A DNA stretch of 64,000 bases from Macrostomum hystrix (lineage: Eukaryota > Animalia > Platyhelminthes): the NCBI GenBank assembly GCA_950097015.1, contig CATNEN010000034.1:6138001-6202000 (forward strand). Reading direction: 5' to 3'. The position numbers and the translations under genes are program-made. The notes below the pieces were generated by a model, which made no database searches, was not told the DNA's origin, and worked only from the letters and a program-made list of their open reading frames with translations. Shown piece by piece: positions 1 through 13,835 of this stretch. The stretch's first letter is position 1, and each line of letters opens with the position of its first letter.

Positions 1-2
1 GC

Positions 3-107
3 CGCCTGACAGACATGGGCTTTCCCAGGCAGAGTGTGGTCCATGCGCTGCGGCTTAGCAACAATAATTTACCAATGGCTATGAATGTGCTGCTTCAGGA
101 GACCTGA
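3..107 (+). CDS. 3' end of a UBA-domain protein (UBAC2-like), truncated by the window edge
   Basis: Frame 3 reads RLTDMGFPRQSVVHALRLSNNNLPMAMNVLLQET-stop (TGA 105-107). This has the UBA MGF loop and the ALxxSNNN...A..LL pattern, and ends right after the domain as in UBAC2. Not in the ORF track (too short). Confidence 0.75.
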   Translation, partial: RLTDMGFPRQSVVHALRLSNNNLPMAMNVLLQET

Positions 108-390
108 TAAACAATGGCCTAATTGTTGTTGATGTTTTTATGTCCCTTGTCTGACTGCTGACCACTTTATTGAAAGCATGTGTTTTCTTTTCTGTGTATA
201 GAGATACAGACAGCATAGAAACTTGGGGTTTCCCTACGTTTCTATTTTTAGACAAACTGGTAAGGAAATACAAAAAATCGTCTTGCAGCTTACCAAAGTG
301 GGATTTACCATCGTTGATTTTTTTAGTCTAACTGTGAGGAATCTAATAAGAAAATGCGTCTTTATGCAAGTGATTTACTTGGGATTTCCA

Positions 391-617
391 TCCCATTCTA
401 TTTTTAGCCAGACTATGGGTAAATACTGAAATTCGTCCTGCAGCTTACCGAATTGGGATTTCCCATTGATTCTATTTATAGTGTAACTGTAGAAGAATAA
501 GAAAATTTGTCTTACTTCGTCATAGCAATTTGGGATTTCCCTCCCATTCTATTTTTAGCCAGACTATGGGTAAATACTGAAATTCGTCCTGCAGCTTACC
601 GAATTGGGATTTCCCAT
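391..617. repeat. Pair of ~75-bp near-identical direct repeats
   Basis: tcccattctatttttagccagactatgggtaaatactgaaattcgtcctgcagcttaccgaattgggatttccca occurs at ~391-466 and ~542-617. Confidence 0.8.
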
Positions 618-1140
618 GATTATATTTCCAATTGTTACAGTCATTTAAGATGATAGCTAAAGTGCTAATTGCATCGTGTATGTACTATATTCCATTGCAT
701 TCATTAGGCAGGTGTGCATGCATAGTAGTCATATGTTGAAACTCTGTTAACCTAACTGAGCTTTCGTGAACCAACTTTCTAACCTTCATCGTTAGTTCCC
801 AGTCCCAGTTCCCTAAATAGCTTTTTGTCTGACATGCTTAAATGAGATGTTACATTGTTAAGCTAATTTCTCTCAAAATTGCTTAATTAATATGATGCAG
901 ATTATGATTATAAAGTATTTTAACACAGATAATCAGTTATGATAGACTACAATAGATTCTAGATAATAGCCCTTACTGACATCCTTACTTTTAAATATGA
1001 AAGCCTTATTTCATTTTGAGATGAGAATATTTTTTAAGTGTTATCATTGTGCACTTTTCACTTAAACATCAATTTGCAATCAACCTTAATTATTACTCTT
1101 GGTACATTCTGACCTGTTTTGTAACCTTTTAGTCATAATT

Positions 1141-1463
1141 CTGAACAGACTGGCTGATCCTGAACAGACTGGCTAATCCTGAACAGACTGACTGATCCTG
1201 AACAGACTGGCTAATCCTGAACAGACTGACTGATCCTGAACAGACTGGCTGATCCTGAACAGACTGGCTGATCCTGAACAGACTGACTGATCCTGAACAG
1301 ACTGGCTGATCCTGAACAGACTGACTGATCCTGAACAGACTGACTGATCCTGAACAGACTGGCTGATCCTGAACAGACTGACTGATCCTGAACAGACTGG
1401 CTGATCCTGAACAGACTGACTGATCCTGAACAGACCGGCTGATCCTGAACAGACTGACTGATC
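1141..1463. repeat. 19-bp minisatellite, ~17 copies
   Basis: Unit ctgaacagactg(g/a)ctgatc. Confidence 0.95.
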
Positions 1464-2155
1464 CCTAATCGTTTTAGACTGGGTGATAATCGATGATAAA
1501 ACTATCTATTTGCACATGCTTGCTTAGTTCTATGTGGTTGTTAGAATATTGCTTATAAAACCATTAAAACTGTACATTCTATCGATTTAGTTTCTGTTTG
1601 CATGCATTCACTTCTGTTGCGCCATGAATTTTCGCTTGCGAATGAAATTATTCAGAGGATCCTGCTGCTTTGTAACCCTGTTTTTATTTATTTTTCTCGT
1701 AATACTACTCTTGTCCACGGGGAGTAGTAATTAGTGAGTGTTTTTATATATTTTAAGCAACGGAATAAACTTTTTTGTTCAAACTGGCAAACAGAAAGCT
1801 GGCCACCAACGATAATGGGAAGTATTTTTGCATCAGATTGCGATCTAGCTTAAAATATGCTGCTAGATGATACTAAATAATCGGATAAATAATCTCACGG
1901 CAGCATAAATAGGAAACAATGGCGATGCCACATTCATAATTAGATGTGTCCATATAGTGATAAGCAATGGCATACGATGCAATGCTAGCTTTAACTGCTA
2001 TTCATAGCACTGGTAATATTTGCACAGTTAGGCCAAGTTGAACCATTTTTACTAAATGTGCTATGTTGCACTCCTCAATATGGAGGGGAGATAGTAGAGA
2101 GATTAGGGAGTAAAGAAATCTAAATAGGGACACGAGAGATCTTAAACCAGGACCA

Positions 2156-4712
2156 GGATCTCACAGGGGAATGGGATAGTGAGGGATCTCACAGTGGAAT
2201 GGCTTAGTGAGGGATCTTACAGGGGAATGGGATAGTGAGGGATCTCACAGGGGAATGGGCTAGTGAGGGATCTCACAGGGGAATGGGCTAGTGAGGGATC
2301 TCACAGGGGAATGGGCTAGTGAGGGATCTCACAGGGGAATGGGCTAGTGAGGGATCTCTCAGGGGAATGGGCTAGTGAGGGATCTCACAGGGGAATGGGC
2401 TAGTGAGGGATCTTACAGGGGAATGGGATAGTGAGGGATCTCACAGGGGAATGGGCTAGTGAGGGATCTCACAGGGGAATGGGCTAGTGAGGGATCTCAC
2501 AGGGGAATGGGCTAGTGAGGGATCTCACAGGGGAATGGGCTAGTGAGGGATCTCTCAGGGGAATGGCTTAGTGAGGGATCTTACAGGGAAATGGGATAGT
2601 GAGGGATCTCACAGGGGAATGGGCTAGTGAGGGATCTCACAGGGGAATGGGCTAGTGAGGGATCTCACAGGGGAATGGGCTAGTGAGGGATCTCACAGGG
2701 GAATGGGCTAGTGAGGGATCTCACAGGGGAATGGGCTAGTGAGGGATCTCTCAGGGGAATGGGCTAGTGAGGGATCTTACAGGGGAATGGGCTAGTGAGG
2801 GATCTCACAGGGGAATGGGCTAGTGAGAGATCTCACAGGGGAATGGGATAGTGAGGGATCTCACAGGGGAATGGGCTAGTGAGGGATCTCACAGGGGAAT
2901 GGGATAGTGAGGGATCTCACAGGGGAATGGCTTAGTGAGGGATCTTACAGGGGAATGAGATAGTGAGGGATCTCACAGGGGAATGGGCTAGTGAGGGATC
3001 TCACAGGGGAATGGGCTAGTGAGGGATCTCACAGGGGAATGGGCTAGTGAGGGATCTCACAGGGGAATGGGCTAGTGAGGGATCTCTCAGGGGAATGGGC
3101 TAGTGAGGGATCTTACAGGGGAATGGGCTAGTGAGGGATCTCACAGGGGAATGGGCTAGTGAGAGATCTCACAGGGGAATGGGATAGTGAGGGATCTCAC
3201 AGGGGAATGGGCTAGTGAGGGATCTCACAGGGGAATGGGCTAGTGAGGGATCTCACAGGGGAATGGGCTAGTGAGGGATCTCACAGGGGAATGGGCTAGT
3301 GAGGGATCTCTCAGGGGAATGGGCTAGTGAGGGATCTTACAGGGGAATGGGCTAGTGAGGGATCTCACAGGGGAATGGGCTAGTGAGAGATCTCACAGGG
3401 GAATGGGATAGTGAGGGATCTCACAGGGGAATGGGCTAGTGAGGGATCTCACAGGGGAATGGGATAGTGAGGGATCTCACAGGGGAATGGCTTAGTGAGG
3501 GATCTTACAGGGGAATGGGATAGTGAGGGATCTCACAGGGGAATGGGCTAGTGAGGGATCTCACAGGGGAATGGGCTAGTGAGGGATCTCACAGGGGAAT
3601 GGGCTAGTGAGGGATCTCACAGGGGAATGGGCTAGTGAGGGATCTCTCAGGGGAATGGGCTAGTGAGGGATCTTACAGGGGAATGGGCTAGTGAGGGATC
3701 TCACAGGGGAATGGGCTAGTAAGAGATCTCACAGGGGAATGGGCTAGTGAGGGATCTCACAGGGGAATGGGCTAGTGAGGGATCTCACAGGGGAATGGGA
3801 TAGTGAGGGATCTCACAGGGGAATGGCTTAGTGAGGGATCTTACAGGGGAATGGGATAGTGAGGGATCTCACAGGGGAATGGGCTAGTGAGGGATCTCAC
3901 AGGGGAATGGGCTAGTGAGGGATCTCACAGGGGAATGGGCTAGTGAGGGATCTCACAGGGGAATGGGCTAGTGAGGGATCTCACAGGGGAATGGGCTAGT
4001 GAGGGATCTCTCAGGGGAATGGGCTAGTGAGGGATCTTACAGGGGAATGGGCTAGTGAGGGATCTCACAGGGGAATGGGCTAGTGAGAGATCTCACAGGG
4101 GAATGGGATAGTGAGGGATCTCACAGGGGAATGGGCTAGTGAGGGATCTCACAGGGGAATGGGATAGTGAGGGATCTCACAGGGGAATGGCTTAGTGAGG
4201 GATCTTACAGGGGAATGGGATAGTGAGGGATCTCACAGGGGAATGGGCTAGTGAGGGATCTCACAGGGGAATGGGCTAGTGAGGGATCTCACAGGGGAAT
4301 GGGCTAGTGAGGGATCTCACAGGGGAATGGGCTAGTGAGGGATCTCTCAGGGGAATGGGCTAGTGAGGGATCTTACAGGGGAATGGGCTAGTGAGGGATC
4401 TCACAGGGGAATGGGCTAGTGAGAGATCTCACAGGGGAATGGGATAGTGAGGGATCTCACAGGGGAATGGGCTAGTGAGGGATCTCACAGGGGAATGGGA
4501 TAGTGAGGGATCTCACAGTGGAATGGCTTAGTGAGGGATCTTACAGGGGAATGGGATAGTGAGGGATCTCACAGGGGAATGGGCTAGTGAGGGATCTCAC
4601 AGGGGAATGGGCTAGTGAGGGATCTCACAGGGGAATGGGCTAGTGAGGGATCTCACAGGGGAATGGGCTAGTGAGGGATCTCACAGGGAAATGGGCTAGT
4701 GAGGGATCTCAC
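2156..4712. repeat. 28-bp G-rich minisatellite, ~91 copies
   Basis: Unit gatctcacaggggaatgggctagtgagg; period 28 measured (2241 to 2269, 2661 to 2689). Confidence 0.97.
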
Positions 4713-5522
4713 ATCGTGAGATGGAGATGGTCAGTCTAGATTCCTGAAGCATTTCAATAAAAGTTCAAGGTGGAGAGGTTTTGACGGTATGTCAGGGAAA
4801 AAGTGAAACAGTTTGTGAGAGAATAAATATGCTATGTATATAAATCTGAAGCGGTACTTCAGAATGCTAAGAAATTTGTTGACCATACTTTACAATACCT
4901 TAGTAATGTTTTTTGGATGATGGCAGTTCATCAAGTCTAGGATTCTGTTTGTCATTGTGCGGACATGAATACGAGTTCATAAAAAATCTGTATCAAGGCC
5001 TTAACTGCAACTTTTTGTTATTGAGTGCCGCTGCGGCTGCAATCAACCCCCGAGACCATCATTTCCACCTATCCTCCCTGCCTTCTGTTTCTCGCATTAG
5101 CATTTCATAATAAATTCACATTTTGCTTTCCACATTTCTTCTGTGCTTTCCTTCCTTGCTGCGTGCAACAACTGCAGCAGAAAAGGAATGGAATACGCGG
5201 TATCTGGGGGGCAGTCTTTTGGGGTCTTGAAATGCCCCCACTGCCCTTCTTTGCCTACACACACATACACAGGGCCTTGCAGGATATCGATGTGTATGTC
5301 GCTGTGGCTATAGGTACCTTTCATACTTCCACTAAGTTTCTTCCAGGCTATTTGGGTGCACTTTTGAGGCGCTAAACTTCTAAGGCGTTGCTGTTGCTGC
5401 GTCATGTTCTTAAATTAGAAAGCTTCAGGTAGAACCAAATCTGCACTTGCTAGTGATCTATTTAGCTTTCGGCGACAAGTTGTGAGTCGACAAATGAGTC
5501 ACCGTCTTTTCCTGCAGTCTTT

Positions 5523-5854
5523 GGATGAGTTGCTAGAGCGGTTAACGTGTTTGCCTGTCGCGCCAAGGTCCCTAAGTTCGATTCCGCGGCGAGGCCCCAT
5601 TAAATTGGGGCGCAGCCGCGTAGGGGGCTTGTTGTGCAATTTACGCCCTTTAGGGCCAACCTCCAAGGCACAGTGATAGTGTACACTGCCTGACGATGAG
5701 AAGTGAGGGCAGATGTACACACCTGTGTGAGCGTATGCCTGCGTACAGTATCTGTGTGCGTGTGTGCTCAGGAGTCAGTGAAATGGGCAGAATTGCCTCT
5801 TACACCAAATGATGTGCCATTGCCCGCAGCCCTCCTGCAAGTATTATTATTATT
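5523..5854 (+). mobile_element. tRNA-derived SINE (family A)
   Basis: A-box-like tgctagagcggtt (5531-5543), B-box gttcgattcc (5576-5585), ~250-bp body, (TAT)n tail 5842-5854. A second homologous head lies at 33350-33440 on the minus strand. Confidence 0.65.
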
Positions 5855-6577
5855 GGTTAAGTTGCCGCTAAATACCTAATTTAGCAACCTTTCCATAACT
5901 TTAAACTTCATGGCAGAGTGGCTGCTGATACAGTTTTATCATTTTGGCTGTATTAACTAACTATTAGTTCAGAGCCATCCTTTTTTATTTTAATTCCGCA
6001 TTAGACTCAGACTTGGGATCACATGAATTTGCCTTCCCGAGACAAGTGTGCCATTCTGTCCATCCTAAAAGGACATTATTAATTCACGAAATGACCGCCT
6101 GCTAAGCTCTGTGCTCGACAGACTCTCAGTTGCGAAGCAATTACTCTGGGCCAAAGAGGCATTCCTAATACCTGAAGTACTATTTTGAGCACAGTCTAAG
6201 TGAGCTCAGCACTCCCGCCCCCAAAATTCTGCGCCCCCTTGCCCCATCTGAAATTTTTCAATTTTTTTTAGGGAAAATGTCACCTGCCTTTGGGATTATG
6301 GCCAACATTTTTTTATAAAATCCAACGCTAATCCTTTCGGTAGTTAATCCGTCCTCGCTTTTTCATAAAATATGTTTCTCCCAGATCTGGGGTAGATCTG
6401 TGTGTTGTAGCAAAATTGCATCATTTGGGAATAATTCTAAACAATAATTCCGTACTCGCTCTAGATCTCAGAGAGAAGTTAAAAATTGATTGATTATTTC
6501 ATTCGCTACAACTGACTTCGTAACTTTTAGTCTTTTTATATTCTACATTCTCTTCCTTCTAATCTCTACCCTTCACA

Positions 6578-8262
6578 TAACTCATCTGCTGTCTACTCTA
6601 CTGTTCTCCCAACTCATCTGCTGTCTACTCTACTGTTCTCTCAACTCATCTGCTCTCTACTCTACTGTTCTCCCAACTCATCTGCTGTCTACTCTACTGT
6701 TCTCCTAACTCATCTGCTGTCTACTCTACTGTTCTCCCAACTCATCTGCTGTCTACTCTACTGTTCTCCCAACTCATTTGCTCTCTACTCTACTGTTCTC
6801 CTAACTCATCTGCTGTCTACTCTACTGTTCTCCCAACTCATCTGCTGTCTACTCTACTGTTCTCCTAACTCATCTGCTGTCTACTCTACTGTTCTCCTAA
6901 CTCATCTGCTGTCTACTCTACTGTTCTACCAACTCATCTGCTCTCTACTCTACTGTTCTCCTAACTCATCTGCTGTCTACTCTACTGTTCTCCTAACTCA
7001 TCTGCTCTCTACTCTACTGTTCTCCTAACTCATCTGGTGTCTACTCTACTGTTCTCCCAACTCATCTGGTGTCTACTCTACTGTTCTCCTAACTCATCTG
7101 CTCTCTACTCTACTGTTCTCCCAACTCATCTGCTCTCTACTCTACTGTTCTCCTAACTCATCTGGTGTCTACTCTACTGTTCTCCTAACTCATCTGCTGT
7201 CTACTCTACTGTTCTCCCAACTCATCTGCTGTCTACTCTACTGTTCTCCTAACTCATCTGCTCTCTACTCTACTGTTCTCCTAACTCATCTGCTGTCTAC
7301 TCTACTGTTCTCCCAACTCATCTGCTGTCTACTCTACTGTTCTCCCAACTCATCTGCTGTCTACTCTACTGTTCTCCCAACTCATCTGCTCTCTACTCTA
7401 CTGTTCTCCTAACTCATCTGCTCTCTACTCTACTGTTCTCCTAACTCATCTGCTGTCTACTCTACTGTTCTCCCAACTCATCTGCTCCCTACTCTACTGT
7501 TCTCCCAACTCATCTGCTGTCTACTCTACTGTTCTCCCAACTCATCTGCTCTCTACTCTACTGTTCTCCTAACTCATCTGCTGTCTACTCTACTGTTCTC
7601 CCAACTCATCTGCTGTCTACTCTACTGTTCTCCCAACTCATCTGCTCTCTACTCTACTGTTCTCCTAACTCATCTGGTGTCTACTCTACTGTTCTCCTAA
7701 CTCATCTGCTGTCTACTCTACTGTTCTCCCAACTCATCTGGTGTCTACTCTACTGTTCTCCCAACTCATTTGCTCTCTACTCTACTGTTCTCCTAACTCA
7801 TCTGCTCTCTACTCTACTGTTCTCCTAACTCATCTGCTGTCTACTCTACTGTTCTCCCAACTCATCTGCTGTCTACTCTACTGTTCTCCCAACTCATCTG
7901 CTGTCTACTCTACTGTTCTCCCAACTCATCTGATGTCTACTCTGTTCTCCCAACTCATCTGCTCCCTACTCTACTGTTCTCCCAACTCATCTGGTGTCTA
8001 CTCTACTGTTCTCCTAACTCATCTGCTCTCTACTCTACTGTTCTCCCAACTCATCTGCTGTCTACTCTACTGTTCTCCCAACTCATCTGCTCTCTACTCT
8101 ACTGTTCTCCCAACTCATCTGATGTCTACTCTGTTCTCCCAACTCATCTGCTCCCTACTCTACTGTTCTCCCAACTCATCTGCTCTCTACTTTACTGTTC
8201 TCCCAACTCATCTGCTCCCTACTCTACTGTTCTCCCAACTCATCTGCTCTCTACTCTATACT
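6578..8262. repeat. 32-bp minisatellite, ~53 copies
   Basis: Unit ctactctactgttctcc(c/t)aactcatctgctgt; period 32 (7329 to 7361). Confidence 0.96.
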
Positions 8263-9195
8263 GTTCTCCCACCTAATCTCCTACAAGCAGTAATTCAGGA
8301 ACTCATCCTATACAATTTGTTTTGCTTAGCAGATTGTCTCTGAACGGAAAGCTACTTAAAGATTAAGACAAGAAAATCCTTTCAACTCTGCGTATTCACT
8401 CATCTTATAACACTTGTTATGTCTCCCAAAATGTCGAGTCGAGGCAAACGAGTGCTGTCTGACGTGGCCTCTGTCCCGATTCTTACCCCCCCTGTCTACC
8501 CTCTTCTGCGCGCCCTGAATCTAAAAGTTCTCCCCTCTAGAAGAGGCCGTTGGATTTCAGTCGTTGTCTGATTGGCCAACAAAGCTTTTGTCCCTATCCT
8601 TTCCACCCCGTTTTTCCCTATCTTACCGACCCGACCCAAATAAACTGTGTTTATTGGGGCTCCAGACCTTTGCCAGTCCATTTCTTTCGGCGAAAGACGA
8701 CAAGGCTTCCGATTCGAGCAAAGCAGCAGCAGCAGCAGGTATATGAACCTGCGATCTCTCTGTCCTTCTCTATATCACTTTCAACTCCCCCAGCCTTCTC
8801 TCGTTTTTCTCCTTCGCTTGGCTTTTGTCCCTAAAGTCACGGAACTTCATTTCCTGTGCTTTTATATAGCACATATACTTATATCCTACAGGCTTCACAT
8901 CAGCGAGTCAGTTGTGGCCTGGAGTCTGCCGTCTCGGCGACGTATCGTCCGGCAAAGAAAAGAAGGTCGTCGTTGCATTGCGCCTCTGCCCCTACTTTCT
9001 TAATCTCTGTCCAATTAGGAGGCCTGAAGTGTGATCATTTTAGATCTGAGAAAGATTTTAAATTTTGTTTCCTCGGCTGTTTCTTGAGGGCGACAAAGGT
9101 GAGCATGTTTTTTTTAACTTGATTGTGCTAGAGCATATAGTGATATAATAGCTTGATATACAAACAAACAGACAAACAGACAAACGTGTATTAAT

Positions 9196-9720
9196 CTCAT
9201 CTCTCCCGTGTCTCATCTCTCCCCTGTCTCATCTCTCCCCTGTCTCATCTCTCCCGTGTCTCATCTCTCCCGTGTCTCATCTCTCCCGTGTCTGATCTCT
9301 CCCCTGTCTCATATCCCCCGTGTCTCATCTCTCCCGTGTCTCATCTCACCCGTGTCTCATCTCACTCGTGTCTCATCTCACTCGTGCCTCATCTCTTCCG
9401 TGTCTCATCTCTACTGTGTCTCATATTCCCCGTGTCTCATCTCACCCGTGTCACATCTCTCCTGCATCTCATCTCTCCTGTATCTCATCTCTCCTATATC
9501 TCATCTCTCACGTGTCTCATTTCTCCCGCGTCTTATCTCTCCTGTATCTCAACTCTCCTCATTTCTCATTTCTCTCGTTTCTTATCTCTCGCGTGTCTCA
9601 TCTCTTCTGTATCTCATCTCACCCGTGTCCCATCTCTCCTGTATCGCATCTCTCCTGTATTTAATTTCTGATGTGTCTCATCCCTCCCGTATTTTCTTTT
9701 GGCTGTCTCATCTCTCTACA
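9196..9720. repeat. Degenerate 16-bp minisatellite
   Basis: Unit gtgtctcatctctccc, decaying toward the 3' end. Confidence 0.88.
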
Positions 9721-10116
9721 GTCGATGCGGCCCACTGTTATCAAAGAGATTCTCTCTTTGACCCGCCGGGTATGTCAGGTTGCCGACCCCTGTTTCAGAG
9801 ATGTCCGTCTCTCTGTCTAATCCGTCCAACTAGAGCTTCCTTTTTGTACTCTGTTTTAAGTTTACTCACGGATTCCAACAAATAAACTAGAAAACATCGA
9901 AATATAGAAAGTTGGTATGTAATTTGATCACGCGATACGGTCATGCTTGTTTTTCCACGCCAAGTTTTTTATGCAGTTTGACTGTGTTTCTCGCATTCCA
10001 TATATATTCACTTGCCGTACGAGTATAGGAACTAAATCCCTTGTCTCCATTATCTTCCTAATTCTCCTATTTACCTTTTACCTTGAGGTAATTCTAGAGG
10101 AGATTATCGCCACTTT

Positions 10117-10927
10117 TCTCTCATCTCCTCTCCTCTCCTCTCCTCTCCTCTCCTCCCCTCTGTTCTCCTCTGTTCTCCTCTCCTCTCCTCTCCTTTCCTC
10201 TCCTCTCCTTTCCTCTCCTCTCCTCTCCTCCCCTCTCCTCTCCTCTCCTCTGTTCTCCTCTGTTCTCCTCTCATCTCCTCTCCTTTCCTCTCCTCTCCTC
10301 TCCTCTCCTCTCCTCTCCTCTCCTCTCCTCTCCTCTCCTTTCCTCTCCTCTCCTCTCCTCTCCTCTCCTCTCCTCTCCTCTCCTCTCCTCTCCTCTCCTC
10401 TGTTCTCCTCTGTTCTCCTCTGTTCTCCTCTGTTCTCCTCTCCTCTCCTCTCCTCTCCTCTCCTTTCCTCTCCTCTCCTCTCCTCTCCTCTCCTCTCCTC
10501 TCCTCTCCTCTCCTCTCCTCTCCTCTCCTCTCCTCTCCTCTCCTCTCCTCTCCTCTCCTCTCCTCTCCTCTCCTCTCCTCTCCTCTCCTCTCCTCTCCTC
10601 TCCTCTCCTCTCCTCTCCTCTCCTCTCCTCTCCTCTCCTCTCCTCTCGTCTCCTCTCCTCTCCTCTCCTCTGTTCTCCTCTGTTCTCCTCTCCTCTCCTT
10701 TCCTCTCCTCTCCTCTCCTCTCCTCTGTTCTCCTCTGTTCTCCTCTGTTCTCCTCTCCTCTCCTTTCCTCTCCTCTCCTCTCCTCTCCTCTGTTCTCCTC
10801 TGTTCTCCTCTGTTCTCCTCTCCTCTCCTCTCCTCTCATCTCCTCTCCTCTCCTCTCCTCTCCTCTCCTCTCCTTTCCTTTCCTCTCCTCTCCTCTCCTC
10901 TGTTCTCCTCTGTTCTCCTCTCCTCTC
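10117..10927. repeat. (TCCTC)n polypyrimidine microsatellite
   Basis: Pentamer run with tcctctgttc and tcctttcctc variants. Confidence 0.97.
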
Positions 10928-11567
10928 ACTCTGCTGCGAGTGTCGCTATGCAGGTGCAGCAGCGCGGGATTTTCAATCCTGAGCAGAATAATCCCAGGCA
11001 AAGCTGGGAATGAGTAAATCCCTCAGTTGAATCCCGACAGTTTGAGCTCCGCAGGGACAGGTTAGGGTGAACTCGCGGAGAGTCCAGTCTGAGCTTTTAA
11101 AATCCGATCTCAACTGGGTCCCCAAAGCTTCTGGTCGGCCAGATATTTTAGTTTCATTTTCTACCTAGCAACCGAATTTCGAACTTCAGTAGAAACTATT
11201 CAGAAAGTTTTTTCATCTCTTTTCTGTTGATAATTGGATAAAGGACTCAATATTGCGATTGAAGCATTAATACGGAACAGTCCGCCTTACGTTAGTGTTA
11301 CACAGTAATGTGAGGCTTAATTCGAGAATCGTACCGTGCGTGGGGTGCAGCAGTGAGTTGGCCAAATGTGCGACTGCCGCAAAACCTTTTTTGCCTTAGG
11401 CAAGGCGGCTGCCTGCTCGGCGCCTTACCTCATTACCGTTGGCACCCAATTTGGCCAGGGCAAGGGGATAGTAGAGGCAGAGAGGGCAGGAGAGAAACAG
11501 TACAAGACAGAGGTTAGCACGATTGACGCGATCTGGTAATGATAAAGGATTTTCTCGAGGGAGAGCG

Positions 11568-12899
11568 AGAGGAGAGAGAAGGGTAGGTGAGTGTAGGAGG
11601 GGAGGGGAGGGTGAGAGGATAAGAGGAGAGGAGAGAGAGGATAGGAGATGAGAGGAGAGAGTATAGGAGAGGAGAGGAGAGGAGAACAGAGGAGAGGAGA
11701 ACAGAGGAGAGGAGAGGAGAGAGTATAGGAGAGGAGAGGAGAGAGTATAGGAGAGGAGAGGAGAGAGTATAGGAGAGGAGAGGAGAGAGTATAGGAGAGG
11801 AGAGGAGAGAGTATAGGAGAGGAGAGGAGAGAGTATAGGAGAGGAGAGGAGAGGAGAGGAGAGGAGAGAGTATAGGAGAGGAGAGGAGAGAGTATAGGAG
11901 AGGAGAGGAGAGAGTATAGGAGAGGAGAGGAGAGAGTATAGGAGAGGAGAGGAGAGGAGAGGAGAGGAGAGAGTATAGGAGAGGAGAGGAGAGAGTATAG
12001 GAGAGGAGAGGAGAGAGTATAGGAGAGGAGAGGAGAGAGTATAGGAGAGGAGAGGAGAGAGTATAGGAGAGGAGAGGAGAGGAGAGAGTATAGGAGAGGA
12101 GAGGAGAGAGGAGAGGAGAGGAGAGGAGAGGAGAGGAGAGAAGAGGAGAACAGAACAGAACAGAGGAGAGGAGAGGAGAACAGAACAAAGGAGAGGAGAG
12201 GAGAGGAGAGGAGAGGAGAACAGAGGAGAGGAGAGGAGAGGAGAGGAGAACAGAACAGAGGAGAGGAGAGGAGAGGAGAGGAGAGGAGAGGAGGGGAGAG
12301 AAGAGGAGAACAGAACAAAGGAGAGGAGAGGAGAGGAGAGGAGAGGAGAACAGAGGAGAGGAGAGGAGAGGAGAGGAGAACAGAACAGAGGAGAGGAGAG
12401 GAGAGGAGAGGAGAGGAGAGGAGGGGAGAGAAGAGGAGAACAGAACAGAACAGAGGAGAGGAGAGGAGAACAGAACAAAGGAGAGGAGAGGAGAGGAGAG
12501 GAGAGGAGAGGAGAACAGAACAAAGGAGAGGAGAGGAGAGGAGAGGAGAGGAGAGGAGAACAGAACAAAGGAGAGGAGAGGAGAGGAGAGGAGAGGAGAA
12601 CAGAGGAGAGGAGAGGAGAGGAGAGGAGAGGAGAACAGAGGAGAGGAGAGGAGAGGAGAGGAGAGGAGAGGAGAACAGAGGAGAGGAGAGGAGAGGAGAG
12701 GAGAGGAGAGGAGAACAGAACAGAGGAGAGGAGAGGAGAGGAGAGGAGAGGAGAGGAGAGGAGAGGAGAGGAGAGGAGAACAGAGGAGAGGAGAGGAGAG
12801 GAGAGGAGAACAGAACAGAGGAGAGGAGAGGAGAGGAGAGGAGAGAAGAGGAGAGAGTATAGGAGAGGATAGGACGGAAGAGACAAGAGAGAGGAGAGC
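11568..12899. repeat. (GAGGA)n polypurine microsatellite, reverse complement of the 10.1-10.9 kb tract
   Basis: Pentamer run with gaacagagga and gagagtatagga variants. Confidence 0.97.
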
Positions 12900-13494
12900 C
12901 GGGCATAGTAAATGAAGAGGTGAGTTTTCTACAATTTTAGCAGCTGTTAGTAACCTCTATGGCTAATGGTTAGGCCAAAAATAAAAAGAAATATCAAAAT
13001 TCACGTTACAGACATAAAATGTATTAAAAATCTACTTGTCAGAGACACGGTATTTATGATTTTTGTTGCAAAATGCAAAAGAAAAAGCTAGTTAAATGCA
13101 GGCTTTAAACTCTTATTTGAGGTTCAATTAAAATCAAATGTACGAGCTCGGATGTTAATGGTCCGCCTGCCGTAGGATGCGGCTAGACCAATTGGCTCTG
13201 ACTGGTTCCAAGTCCTCAACCAGCCCTTAGCGGAGTCGCTGATCGATTGCATTTTATCGCTTGACACAATGAATGAATTTTAATCTTGCTGCCGGTGCTC
13301 TGGCCCTACCGAATCAGCGGGACTCGATGGCGTGCACTTTTGTGCATTGCTTTTATTCATTTAATTTATTACTCAGGATTTCTTATCATCCGGTTTCTTC
13401 TGTTTTTTCTCCATCTCTTATCTTATCGCTCTCAATCTCCTAACATTCTCCCCCGATTTCTAATCTCTATCAAACTCTTATCTTCATCAATCTC

Positions 13495-13835
13495 TTATCT
13501 CTCAATCTCTTATCCCTGTTAATCTCTTATCCCTGTTAATCTCTTATCCCTGTTAATCTGTTATCCCTTTTAATCTCTTATCCCTTTTAATCTCTTATCT
13601 CTGTTAATCTCTTTTTCCCTGTTAATATTTTATCCCTGTTAATCTCTTATCCCTGTTAATCTCTTATCCCTGTTAATCTCCTGTCCCTGTTAATCTCCTG
13701 TCCCTGTTAATCTCTTATCCCTGTTAATCTCTTATCCCTGTTAATCTCTTATCCCTGTTGATCTCTTATCCCTGTTAATCTCTTATCCCTGTTAATCTCT
13801 TATCCCTGTTAATCTCTTATCCCTGTCAACCTCTT
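13495..13835. repeat. 17-bp minisatellite
   Basis: Unit aatctcttatccctgtt. Confidence 0.93.

Noticed and set aside
9947-12906. LLSSP / ERRGE repeat ORFs of 200-500 aa
   Set aside because: Pentanucleotide microsatellite translations with no unique coding context.
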